DNA from: Octopus sinensis | Taxonomy: Eukaryota | Length of the DNA stretch: 34,283 bases | Direction of reading: 5' to 3' | Assembly: GCF_006345805.1 (NCBI RefSeq) | Contig: NW_021831934.1 | Location: 1 to 34,283 of the forward strand | In this document: positions 1 to 10,760 of the stretch, piece after piece | How positions within the stretch are numbered: position 1 is the first letter of the stretch | How the letters are laid out: each line of letters opens with the position of its first letter | Notes under the pieces: generated by a model | Databases searched by the model: none | Told to the model about the DNA's origin: nothing | What the model saw: the letters and a program-made list of their open reading frames with translations, nothing else | Program-made: the position numbers and the translations under genes

Positions 1-135
1 TCATACCCGGTGTTGCTGTGTTTGCGTCCCCGTAACCTAGCTTGGAATAAGAATCGGAGTTAAAGTAGTGAGGTCATTTTAACTAAAACCCTTTAAGGAG
101 GTGCCCCAGCATGGTCGCAGTCCAATGATTGAAAC
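1..135 (+). mobile_element. 3' part of a CORE-like tRNA-SINE (family B here), truncated by the window edge
   Basis: Matches the reverse complement of the 3' body of the copies at 3048-3402 and 16899-17312 (gtgtttgcgtccccgtaac...ggtgccccagcatggtcgcagtc.aatga.tgaaac), followed by an A/T-rich tail. Confidence 0.7.
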
Positions 136-149
136 AGATAAAACAATAT

Positions 150-770
150 AAATATATAAATATATATATAAATATAAATATAAATATATATGTGTGTGTA
201 TTGGAGAATGTGTGTCTGTGTAAATGCACTTACACACACACACACACACACACGCACACACACTCATGCACACATAAGCACGCACACACCTACACTGTTT
301 ATTTCTATTTCTCCTTCCTATAAATTTCTCATTCTTTCTCTCGTTCCCCACCTTTTCCGTTGCGCAAGATTTATCTCCGGTTTTCTAAGTGCGTATGTAT
401 ATGTATGTACGTATGTATGGATGGATGGATGGATGGATGGATGGATGGATAGAGGGATGCATGTATGTATGTATGTGTGAGTAAGATTGAGAATAGATAC
501 GTGTGTGTGTGTGTGCGTGTGTGCAGGGGAAAAGGTTTGTTTATGTGATACATGTATCTATACGCGTATTTCTCTTCTCGTTCCTCGGTATATCTCTCTT
601 TCTACGATCTTTCTAACTCTTCTACTTTCGCTTTCACATTCTGCTTTCACGTCCCTTGCAATTTTGTGTACATAGATACATACACACACACTCTCTCTCT
701 CTCACACACACGCACACATACACACACACACTCACGCACATACACATACATACATGCATATATCACGTGA
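150..770. repeat. Compound microsatellite field: (TA)n, (CA)n, (GGAT)n, (GTAT)n, (TG)n
   Basis: Direct inspection. Confidence 0.9.
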
Positions 771-829
771 TCGACCAGACTATTATGTCGTTACACATCG
801 CTGGTTACAATGCGCTTTGCATTGCTTTA

Positions 830-1005
830 GCCGCCCTGCTGGCTAGGCGAGTAGGCCGACATTCCCCACTGATCGAAAGGGCGACTGGAACAACGTGAAC
901 TAAAGTGGTTTGCTCTAGAACACAACGCGACGCCCAATCTGAGGATCGAACCCATGACCTAGTGATTGTGAGTGCAACAGCTTAAGCACTAGGCCACGTG
1001 CCTTC
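830..1005 (-). mobile_element. tRNA-derived SINE head plus CORE-like segment (family C here)
   Basis: Minus strand reads gtggcctagtgcttaag (A-box-like), then ggttcgatcc (B-box), then cgttgtgttctagagcaaaccactttagttcacgttgttccagtc (CORE-like). Confidence 0.65.
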
Positions 1006-1204
1006 ACACACACATACACATACACACACATACACAAACACATACGCACACACACATATACACACACACACACTGGCACACAAACGCACACACACAAACA
1101 CATACACACACACACACATACACACACACGCACAAACACACTCACACACAAACTCACACACAAACACCACGCACATATATATATACATATAGCTAGATTT
1201 ATAA

Positions 1205-1235
<31 letters not shown>

Positions 1236-1311
1236 TAGATAGATATAGATAGATAGATAGATAGATAGATAGGATAGATAGATAGATGTAGATAGATAGA
1301 TAGATAGATAC

Positions 1312-1363
<52 letters not shown>

Positions 1364-1420
1364 CTAGAGAGTAGATAGAGATACATACATACATACATAC
1401 ATAGATAGATAGATAGATAT
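1005..1420. repeat. (CA)n, (GACA)n and (GATA)n microsatellites
   Basis: Direct inspection. Confidence 0.9.
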
Positions 1421-2313
1421 GTTTCTTTATTAGCCACACAGGGCTGCACACAGATAGAACAAATTACAAGGTAGAGCTTTTCTTTTGAAGGTTTAAAAAA
1501 AAAAATTAAAAAAATGAATAAATAAATAAATAATAAAATAACAAATAAAATAAAATAAAAAAGGGGGGTCGATCAAAAGGGATCGTAAAAGGAGAGAAAG
1601 AGGACAAAAAAGGGGGGGTTAAAAAAAAAGGGGGAGGGATCGTTATCACAGAAATGTCAATATGAAGTGTAAAGGGGAGGACAGGTGAGGTTTACCCGTG
1701 GAAAGAAAAGCCTACGGAAAAGACCACGGTAACCTCGGTCAATGAAGTCACATGTTATATTTCTTTTTTTTTCTTTGCAAATAAGCAACTCTCTGTATTA
1801 ATTTTTACGGTTCATAGAATCATAGTCAAGGTGGCTTCGTCATTCATACGTGCCATCCTTGCTACATTCACCCATCTTTTTTTAAAACATTCACTAGACA
1901 AAACTTGCCTCTCTACTCTCAGTTGATGAGAGATTGACCAGAGAGGAAAGTGTTTGTCTCTAATCCTTTCAGACGCGTCCACCAGATACATTCTTTCGCC
2001 ATAGCCACAAGTATGATAAAATAGCTCTTCCTTCCCGTTTGAAGGAAGGAGGCGTGACGATATTAACGATAGACTCGGCTGATAAACCGACACGTCCACA
2101 CGTGACAGCAGTCGTTCGACATAAGCCCACAGGTGGGAAATTGCTGGACACTGCACGATTGCGTGCAGAGCGGTTTCGTCGCTCTGCCCGCATCTCGGGC
2201 AGGTCGGCCCCGTGTTTTTCCGAGCCATGCCTATAGAGCTTATCCCGAACGGGTAGCGCTTCTCGGTAGCACCGCCAGGCAGGGATCTCTGGAAGTTGTC
2301 CATAGGTCCCGGC
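1421..2313 (-). mobile_element. 5'-truncated Tx1/L1-clade LINE: C-terminus of ORF2 (zf-RVT-type zinc finger) plus 3' UTR
   Basis: Joining frames of ORFs 1812..2303 and 1969..2541 gives ...WRCYREALPVRDKLYRHG..TGPTCPRCGQSDETALHAIVQCPAISHLWAYVERLL..., the CxxC...H...C motif of L1/Tx1 ORF2 ends. The sequence is frameshifted. A pyrimidine-rich 3' UTR ends in AATAAA next to (TCTA)n. Confidence 0.8.
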
Positions 2314-2358
2314 AGATAGATAGATAGATAGATAGATAAGATAGATAGATAGATAGAT

Positions 2359-2417
<59 letters not shown>

Positions 2418-2440
2418 TAGTTAGATATAGATATATAGAT
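2314..2440. repeat. (GATA)n microsatellite
   Basis: Direct inspection. Confidence 0.95.
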
Positions 2441-2826
2441 ATGAGGAATTCTCTCGTCGTGAGCGACAAAAAAGGTTTGCAACAAGATAAAGCGGTTCTG
2501 TGAGGACGCATGCCTTGCAAATCTTTTGGCAAATGGAACAAGCAGACGACTCAGTTTGTTCGTGTGCTTGTGGAACAATTACTACGTGTTTTCTTGAGTG
2601 AATACCCACACACGAACACACACACACACGCACACACACGCACACACGAACACACACGCGAAGACTTGCTGAAAAGACACTGGCTTTAAGTAACAGAAAA
2701 TACAAGAGGATTAGTTAATTATGATTTTATCTAACATATTCTCCTCTCGAATTTATACACTCATTGCACCAGTTCTTCAGTTTCCCTAAGCCGTGTTAAA
2801 GAACTCAGAAGATGCGTGCGTGTGTG

Positions 2827-2869
<43 letters not shown>

Positions 2870-2870
<1 letters not shown>

Positions 2871-3040
2871 TGAAAGACGGTCTTCCATCCAGTCTCTGCC
2901 AACCAAATTCACTTACAGGACATTAGCTGGTTCGAGGCTATAGTGGAAGGCATTCACTTGCCGAAGGCTCTGCGCAGTGGCACCGAACCCGAAACCACGT
3001 GGGTGAAAAGCGAACCAGTTAACCATGCAGCCACACTGCG
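2870..3040 (-). mobile_element. Old, diverged family-B SINE fragment (tRNA head plus core)
   Basis: Diverged match to 17160-17310 (gaggctatagtggaag.ca...cttgcc.aagg...gcagtgg.ac.gaaccc.aaacca.gtgg...aaccatgcagccac). Confidence 0.6.
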
Positions 3041-3047
3041 GTTATAT

Positions 3048-3402
3048 ATACTCTTTTACTCTTTTACTCGTTTCAGTCATTTGACTCTGGCCACGCTGGA
3101 GCACCGCCTTTAGTCGAGCAAATCGACTTATTCTTTGTAAGCCTAGTACTTATTCTATCGGTCTCTTTTGCCGAACCGCTAAGTTACGGGGACGTAAACA
3201 CACCAGCATCGGTTGTCAAGCGATGTTAGGGGGACAAACACAGACACACAAACTTATACACACACTCATATATATATATATACATATATACAACGGGCTT
3301 CTTTTCAGTTTCCGTCTACCAAATCCACTCAGAAGGCTTTGGTCGGCCCGAGGCTATAGTAGAAGACAATTGCCCACGGTGCTACTGAACCCGGAACCAT
3401 GT
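3048..3402 (-). mobile_element. Family-B CORE-like tRNA-SINE with partly deleted head
   Basis: Near-identical body to 16899-17312 and 29690-29956; (AAGAGTA)n tail; internal (CA)/(TA) tract. Confidence 0.9.
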
Positions 3403-3419
3403 ATTTATAGATAATATAT

Positions 3420-3463
3420 GCATATATATATGTGTGTGAGTGTGTGTGTGTGTGTGTGAGTGT

Positions 3464-3546
<83 letters not shown>

Positions 3547-3957
3547 TGTGTGTGTGTGTTTGTATGTGTGTGTACATAAAAAGAGCAAAAGAGTGTTCAT
3601 TGTGGAATAGTCATTTTAACCGTTTCGAATCTCAAAACTTTTTTTTATTCATTTTTCATTTATTTCTTTCGGCATCAACATTTTCTGTCGCATCCTTGTG
3701 CGTAGTCAAAGGCACAGTTTCAGAATTTTACAACCGCAATGGAATAGTAGTACTGAGTCAGTTATCAGGTGGCAATTGTGTATCTTTGACATACTACGAC
3801 AAAAAAAAATTTAAAACGTATTTAGCACTTTTTGTGGCTCTTCAACGATGTAATTGCATGTTTCGATACACGGTCTCTGATCATAACATCTACTAGAAAA
3901 ATACAATTCTGCAATGTGTGTGTGTGTGTGTGTGTGTGCGTGTGTGTGTGTGTGTGC

Positions 3958-3996
<39 letters not shown>

Positions 3997-4232
3997 TGTG
4001 TATGTGTCTCTGTGTGTGTATGAGTGTGTATGTGTGTGTACGTGTGTGTGTGTTTGTGAGTGTGTATGTGTGTGTGTTTGTGTGTATGTGTCTGTGTGTC
4101 TGTATGTCTGTGTGAATGTGTGTGTATGTGTATGTATGTGTGTGTGTGCATGTGTGTGTGTTTGTGAGTGTGTATGTGTGTGTGTTTGTGTGTGTGTGTG
4201 TTTTTGTGTGTGTGTTTATGTGTGTGTGTGCT

Positions 4233-4263
<31 letters not shown>

Positions 4264-4275
4264 TGTGTGTGTGTA
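3420..4275. repeat. Two long degenerate (TG)n tracts (about 3420-3575 and 3913-4275) with a unique spacer
   Basis: Direct inspection. Confidence 0.9.
3571..3700 (+). repeat. About 130-bp direct repeat, copy 1 (copy 2 at 8221-8348)
   Basis: tgtacataaaa.gagcaaaagagtgt.cattgtggaatagtcattttaac.gtttcgaatc...gtcgcatccttgtg is present twice with roughly 9 differences by eye. Confidence 0.85.
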
Positions 4276-5287
4276 CGTGCGAATAGCAAAAGAACAGGAG
4301 TTAGTTACCTAATTACGTTCATAAGCTTACAGCTGTTTTCGCTATAAATATCGGTGCGTTCAGAATTGAGTGTTTGTGCAGCATCCTTTAACTTCCTTAG
4401 AGCCATTTAAAGAGAAGTGTATATCTATTTCGGAAAGTAGTTAAATACACAGACCGTGCTACATTCAGAACCATGTAAACATTAATATGAAACTATCTGA
4501 GGGCGTCATGAAGAAGTACATTGAGTTCTAACAAATTACAATCAGTATTAGCGAAATCATAACACACACACACGCTTATACCCACATATACGTATATACA
4601 TACATACATACATTCATATTAACCTATACACACATATCATTCACTCATTGCTATGGGTGAATAATATTCTTAAGATCAATAATTACTTTTTAGACATCGC
4701 TTTTACGCTCTCTAGTTAATTCAATACTTGACCAAATTAAATGCGATTAAATTCATTGAAAAGCACCACTGCTCCGCTACATTTTGAAATATAATAGTAA
4801 AATGCTTGTGTAAAAATGTATTTTTCGATAAAATATGTATTTACAAGTGGAAGAGAAATGAATAGATAAACAGTCTAAGAAGTATGGCTTCCTTATTTCT
4901 GTACCATTATTTTTTTATTTTACTTCAACTTAAATAAAAGATCTCAGTAACGGCAATTTAATTCTGTAAGTCTCTTTAAAGCTAGAAAAGTAGAGAAAAA
5001 AAGAACTTATTAGGCGAAAAGTAGGCAAACCAGTAACGCCTGATATCTTCTCTCGGCATATTTCTTTTATTTTAAAAGATTTTGTATTAAGGTTTTAAGC
5101 TTTCGCAACACGATTGGGAGGAATCTAAAACTGCTTCACGGTTGGTGCAGTAATGAGGAAATTTATGGTAAAAGTGTCCAGGTCGGAAAACAAGTAAAGC
5201 CTGAATTTGTCTTTATGTCTTTATATGTCTATCATTTAAAAAGAAATGATATATTTAAGGTTTCCTAAATGACTGAATAATCTAAAT

Positions 5288-5640
5288 CAGGGTTTCTCAA
5301 CGAATTTTTATCTATGGACCCCTTTGATTACTGCTTTATTCTGGTGCCCCCCCCCCCGATAACCTCTCGATATTTAAAAACTAGATTTATAGAAACGTCT
5401 TTCAAAATTCCTATTTTGTTTTTAAATACATTTCCTTGTGAAGGTTGAACTATGTAAAATGTTAGATAAAGAAGCCAAGCTGTCTCTTGCAATACATACC
5501 GATAAATATATCTAAAGCAAACTTTTTAAGGGCCCCTTAAAATACGATTGTGGATCCCCAATTTATCAATTTGTTGCATGGATCCACAAAAACTTTATAT
5601 GGACACTCAGGGCCGTATGAATCCCGGTTGAAAACCACTG
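5288..5640. mobile_element. Non-autonomous hAT (Charlie-like) MITE, 353 bp
   Basis: Termini CAGGGTTTCTCAAC and GTTGAAAACCACTG are Charlie-type TIRs. A perfect 8-bp TSD ATCTAAAT lies at 5280-5287 and 5641-5648. Confidence 0.85.
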
Positions 5641-6097
5641 ATCTAAATGAAAGCAATCTAACACTGAAAACTGTTTCAAATTTGATACAATGGAACAAAA
5701 GTGATCAAATTTGAGAGCGACCACTGAGACACTAAACTGTGGCAATTCAATTCTTTTCCTACCGTTTACACATTTTGAGTCTCAATAACAAATATCTTTT
5801 GGTTATACAAGCGTTTCCTAAATAAAAAGTGTGTACTAGCAGAGAAAACGCTGGGTGGGAATGATAATATCTTACATAATTGGACATGGAAATAAATGTA
5901 CAGGACAAGAAATATTGCAGTTGAAATTGGAACTAAAATTTTATGAGTTGTTTTTAGTTTCTTTCAAATGTAAAATAACATTCTTTCTTTAGATTTCAGT
6001 TTCTTCTACGAAGAAAATTCTGCATTGAAGTTCCTATATTTACTCTCTATGGAGTAAAATATTCTTTCTTTAGATAAGTGTGCAAAATAGAAAGAAC

Positions 6098-6133
6098 TAT
6101 ATGAGTGCTTCAAGAACTTGAAGCACTCATATA
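6098..6133. repeat. Perfect inverted repeat, 17-bp arms with a 2-nt spacer
   Basis: tatatgagtgcttcaag-aa-cttgaagcactcatata. Confidence 0.9.
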
Positions 6134-6200
6134 CGATGGGGATATAGCCTGTCTTCCAAAATTCTTGTATGTTCAGCTACCTTCCACTTAAGTGTTCCTC

Positions 6201-6242
6201 AATTGTCAGCTCAGCTATAGCTGAGCTGCTGAGCTGACAATT
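6201..6242. repeat. 34-bp perfect palindrome carrying an 8-bp tandem duplication
   Basis: aattgtcagctcagcta|tagctgagctg(ctgagctg)acaatt. Confidence 0.9.
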
Positions 6243-6356
6243 AGATAAAACAAGAATATGAGCCATCTAAGGGCGTGTGTGTATGAGTGATTAGGATCCA
6301 CTTTAACTTGCCTAGTTACTGCCAAATAAGAAGTGGAATGCTATCAGCTCAGAAAT

Positions 6357-6503
6357 TACCCACTGAAACCTTGGGTGGGGGGTGCTAGTCGATTACATCA
6401 AAGGGATGAAATGTAAAATCGGGCTCGGCGGAATTTGAATTCAGAACGTAAACGCTGATGAAATTTTGAGCGGGTTGCAAACGGCTCTGTCAGCCCACCG
6501 CCT
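6357..6503 (-). mobile_element. Diverged family-A tRNA-SINE with target-site duplication
   Basis: Match to the 22262-22493 copy (cggcggaatttgaa.tcagaacgtaa...ccgcctt), flanked by the direct repeat tcagctcagaaat at about 6344 and 6507. Confidence 0.7.
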
Positions 6504-6519
6504 TTGTCAGCTCAGAAAT

Positions 6520-6650
6520 AACGGTTTCAAATTTTTGAACAAGACCAGAAGTTTCGGGGAGGGGATAAGTCGTTTACAGCGACCCCAGTACTCAACTGGT
6601 ACTTAATTTATCGACCCCAAAAGGATGAAAGGCAAAATCGACTGCGGCAC
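6520..6650 (-). mobile_element. Family-A SINE, 3' half
   Basis: cgaccccagtactcaactggtacttaatttatcgacccc.aaaggatgaaaggcaaa.tcgac is shared with the other family-A copies. Confidence 0.8.
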
Positions 6651-7139
6651 CTTCAGGAACAATAAACTTCTCATCCTTCACGCTTTGGCAAGACATGAGA
6701 TGGTTTTCATGTTCAAGCTACGCAATGCACGCTGGATTTAACCAATGCAGTCTTTTTTTTTTCTTCTTGTTTTTGAAATTCTGCTTGAAGGTCCTCCATT
6801 TCAGACGCTAGAAGAGGTGGGGGGAAATTTACTTCAAAAACTGCACACTACCTCCGAAAATACATCCCTTTATACGTGTTAAGACTGGGAAAATGCTAAG
6901 AACAGTTTATTAGCAGCAGTGAAAGCATGTTGAAAGAGACAAAACTGATTAAGCAGTAAGTTGAGCAATATATTTGTTTTATATTTTAAGTCCACTTTAT
7001 TTTGGGGGCAGACTGTGCATACAAAGAGGCAGACGAAAAGAGTATGTGTACATATTTTTGATAATGAAAATTTTATTCTTTTCGTTCACAAAAGCGAATA
7101 CTGTCGTAACTCCAAACGACAAAACGCCGAGAGAATTTT

Positions 7140-7500
7140 AATATTATTGTTCTTCGTTAGTTGTAGCAGCAGTGAAAGTGTGGTAGGCGTCTTGCCAGCG
7201 ACTGACTAAAAATGTCATTCGTCTTCCGACTGTTCATTGCCTTCGTGTTGTCAGCTGCTGTCCGCCGTCTCTGTTGGCCAACTCCTACAGTGCACCCATC
7301 AATGTTCTTTCTGTTGCATCTCAAAGATCTCTGTCTAGTAGCCATGTTGTGTCGAATTTATACTAGCTGATAGGCTCGGAAGGATACGCGCCAAAAGATG
7401 TGATCGCCGCTAGAGCCTATCCCACGCGAAATCGAGTTTGGTCAGATTGTGTTGATCACGAATCGCGCCATCGGGTGATTACTGAATATTCCCGCTACAC
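7140..7500 (-). promoter_or_regulatory. Candidate promoter/first exon (CpG-rich unique segment)
   Basis: Local CpG enrichment in a CpG-poor window. E2F-like sites are at 7387-7396 (TTTTGGCGCG on minus) and 7425-7431 (TTTCGCG on minus), with TATAAA on minus at 7357-7362 downstream of them. No transcript evidence. Confidence 0.3.
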
Positions 7501-8019
7501 ATACATATAGATTTTGCACAAAAATACATCCTCGATCTATCTGACCAACTCCATCAAATAAAGAATCTTTCGATAAAGGGCTGTGGCTCAAGTCTTAGGA
7601 CATTTCGACGTTTCTTACAATACCTCATGTTCCACATTGTATCAATTACGATAGTAAATGAACGAAAGTTTTCGAATAATTTCCTCCTTGAAGGGATGCT
7701 GATGATGAGAATTCATGTGTGTTTATATATATTTACATATGTTTATGACTGAGAAACTTAACACTAAGAAATATGTTCGTGTGCGTACGCGTATTTGTGT
7801 GCCTCTGTGTATATGAGTTTATGTGCCCGTGTGTGCCATTTTAATATTTATGGCATTCACTGATTTTTCATTTCATTCTATCAATTTATCTTTTAGTGGA
7901 GATTGTAGGTTGTTCCTATGCTCCTTTCATAGAGCTTTAGAAATTGTTTGGAAGAACAGAAGAAGCTATCCTCAATTCAGAGACTTGACATAAATGCTTG
8001 CAACAGAGCGGTCAAGCTA

Positions 8020-8150
8020 AAATCCGAAAGGACCAGTCGGTAGTGTCCGACAAAGCAACGGATAAGGTCTACCACCTACATAGGCCACAGAGGGATTCGA
8101 ACTCCGGACGCAAAAGAGCCGGGGCAAACACCTTAACACATATAGTCAGA
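8020..8150 (-). mobile_element. Highly diverged tRNA-SINE head
   Basis: Minus-strand B-box GAGTTCGAATCCC near 8085-8105, with an A-box-like segment upstream. Confidence 0.35.
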
Positions 8151-8186
8151 CGTTCTTACAAATCTGCCAATACACCACTCTGGACT

Positions 8187-8220
<34 letters not shown>

Positions 8221-8225
<5 letters not shown>

Positions 8226-8348
8226 ATAAAATGAGCAAAAGAGTGTCCATTGTGGAATAGTCATTTTAACTGTTTCGAATCACAAAACTTTTTTAATTCA
8301 TTTTTCATTTATTTCTTTCAGTATCAAAATTTTCGTCGCATCCTTGTG
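8221..8348 (+). repeat. About 130-bp direct repeat, copy 2
   Basis: See 3571-3700; both copies follow a (TG)n tract. Confidence 0.85.
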
Positions 8349-8349
8349 G

Positions 8350-8460
8350 ATTCCAGAAAGGGTAAAAGGTCAAATTGATCTCAGCAGGATTTGAACTCAC
8401 ATCGCAGAGTTTCTGAACAACTAAACCCTCTAACGATTCAGTCAATTCGACATCTATCAA
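8350..8460 (-). mobile_element. Diverged family-A SINE fragment
   Basis: gaaagggtaaaaggtcaaattgatctcagcaggatttgaactca resembles gaaaggatgaaaggcaaagtcgacctcggcggaatttgaactca. Confidence 0.55.
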
Positions 8461-8469
8461 CCGCCAATC

Positions 8470-10070
8470 ACAGCCATGGATCAATTCTTCTTACATGAGA
8501 TAACTAGTATCATGACAGTAGGGGCTGAGCTCTTTGGAAAGTATTCCTTGATAGATGGACCAGGTGAGACATCAAAGGGTTTTTGCACAGATTTTCTGCA
8601 AGTCAGGAACAGAAATAACAAAGCACAAAAAAAAGAAACGGATACAGGTAAACTACACAGGTATGACAAGCGGCGCACAGCCGAAGGAGTGAGCAATGTA
8701 GATGTCACTCACATCATAAGAAACTGCTCGAAAATGTCATAAAAATAATATCTACCTTTGAGGCCTGAAGTAGTAAGCAAGCGCTATAAAATACAATATA
8801 TAGACAGGAAAGTCCTGAAGGTGAAAACACAAGAAATTTCAGTGGTATGGAGGGTATACTTACCATAATTTGAAAGAATACTACTGGAATGTTCTCATCA
8901 GGCTACCGCAACATATAGGCATAACATACCAGACATAATGATCTCGGACGGTGAAAAAATTAAGTGAGCATAATTGTAGAAATCAGATGTCTAGCAGAAT
9001 TGACACCGAATTAAAGAAAATTTCTGTAGATTCTACATTCGGACCGTAACACGGTTAGCTTAGAAATTACAATTAGAAGCTATTCATAGAATTATGGAAA
9101 TATAATACATCACACGTTCCAGAAGTCTAGGCCATTGATATATCTGTGTGTGTGTGTGTGTGTGCGTGTGTGGTGTGTGTGTGTGGTGTGTGTGTAAATT
9201 ATGTATGTATGTATATATATATATATTTATATTATATATACACACATACATACATACATACATACATACATACATACATACATACATGAATACATACGTA
9301 CGTACATACATACATACATACATACATACATACATACATACATACATACATACATACGTACGTACATACATACATACATACATACATACATACATACATA
9401 CATACATACATACATACATACATACATACATACATACATACATACATACATACATACGTACGTACGTATATACATGACATTTGCCTCATCATGTCAAGAT
9501 GTTAGACGTCTCAAATGAGACATCTGCAGTTTGTACACTTTTGCCACTTTCTCGACTGCCGTAGTAGATTCTTGTGATAATCATTGCAAAATGACAGGTA
9601 CTATTTTGACTGCAAGTTTTATAAACACACGCACACGCACACACGTACATACATACATACAAATCAAAAGTGCAGGAAAAAGAGAACATTTATGGCGAAT
9701 TAATTCGGAAGTTACAGTTTTTGTACCCTGAATTCTTGTTTGTACCTGTCATTAAAGGTACATTATGTTATATACCAACAAATGTGCACAAGAGTCTAGA
9801 AATACTCGGTTCTACAGAAAAAGGGCAAAAGAAGTTGGCATGGTTTCTCCAAATCAAATCTATTGGCGGCACAGTGGAAATTTGTAAGACAAACCAAAAA
9901 TTCTCTGTCATGCGAATAGATGCACACACTTGAGTGTATGCATCAACAGTTCAACCAACTCAACAACTGATTTGCAAACACTTGGAATTGTCGCAACTCA
10001 AAACCTCTTGTCGCTTTATTAGCGACCAGCTTGAACTCTCTCAAGAACTTAACCTCAAAGAATAGTCACA
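8470..10070 (+). mobile_element. Decayed RLE-type (R4/Dong-like) non-LTR retrotransposon 3' region, split by a roughly 630-bp insertion (about 9030-9660)
   Basis: Fragmentary frames give a CCHC-knuckle remnant (DVTHIIRNCSKM..YLPLR.EVVSK), then KEYYWNV, RHNIPDIMI, VEIRCLA (PD..(D/E)xK nuclease region). After the insertion: KVQEKENIYGELIRKLQFLYP..FVPVIKGTLCYIP...LQIKSIGGTVEICKT, the typical R4-clade C-terminus. Stops and frameshifts are present. Confidence 0.75.
9145..9475. repeat. (TG)n plus long (TACA)n microsatellite inside the insertion that splits the RLE element
   Basis: Direct inspection. Confidence 0.9.
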
Positions 10071-10479
10071 CATACATGCATACATGCATACATACATACA
10101 TTTATGGCTGCCCCCGCGTTATCGAATATGGCCATTGCACGAAGCTTAACTGTTATACATACATACATACATACATACATACATACATACATACATACAT
10201 ACATACATACATACATACATACATACATGCATGCATGCATGCATACATTGAATGCTATAGTAACACCTAATGAAACATTACAAGTTTCACAATTTTCACT
10301 AAAACTCTGTGGAAACCGAATACTTGAAGAGTACAAGAAAATGGCTTAATGAAAGGAAATTCGTATAACATTTCGGCGTTCAACAGAACACCGCCGACAA
10401 GTGTGTTTTTCTTTTTGTTAAATATACTATGAATTTGTAATCTGATATTACAGACTAGATTGTCATAGCACATCAATTC

Positions 10480-10760
10480 GTATGACCCCCCAAGCTGGAT
10501 TTATCTACAGGAAATTACAGACCGATTGCTTCTATTAACCTAGTGTATCAAAATTCGGACACTCTGCTGGCCTACTAAACATATTTTTCCACTGATATCA
10601 AATGATATATTAAATGAAAGCTTTACACAAGTAGTGATATTGGCAGGTTTCTTTCTGTCTCAAGTGAACAGAAGAGGAAAGATGGTTTGGATCCGTTTAA
10701 GAGGACCTTTGACTTTTGTTCTGTGTCACTGAGCCGTTATTTGCTAAACAGCAAAATGAA
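10480..10760 (+). mobile_element. Very decayed LINE reverse-transcriptase fragment
   Basis: GNYRPIASINLVYQN at about 10510-10555, and a downstream MVWI...TFD-like remnant of the W.D..KAFD motif. Confidence 0.4.

Noticed and set aside
79-1451. ORFs rich in YI/HT/CV/SIYL repeats (and the many similar ORFs throughout the window)
   Set aside because: They are translations of (TA)n, (CA)n, (TACA)n and (GATA)n microsatellites, which lack stops in some frames.
7212-7370. Plus-strand 52-codon ORF MSFVFRLFIAFVLSAAVRRLCW... with a signal-peptide-like start
   Set aside because: Short, no recognisable homology or cleavage pattern, and antisense to the better-supported promoter orientation.
9630-10100. 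(TACA)n-specific insertion of the R4-like fragment 9670-9933
   Set aside because: The left (TACA)n belongs to a later insertion; the element continues upstream at 8470-9030.
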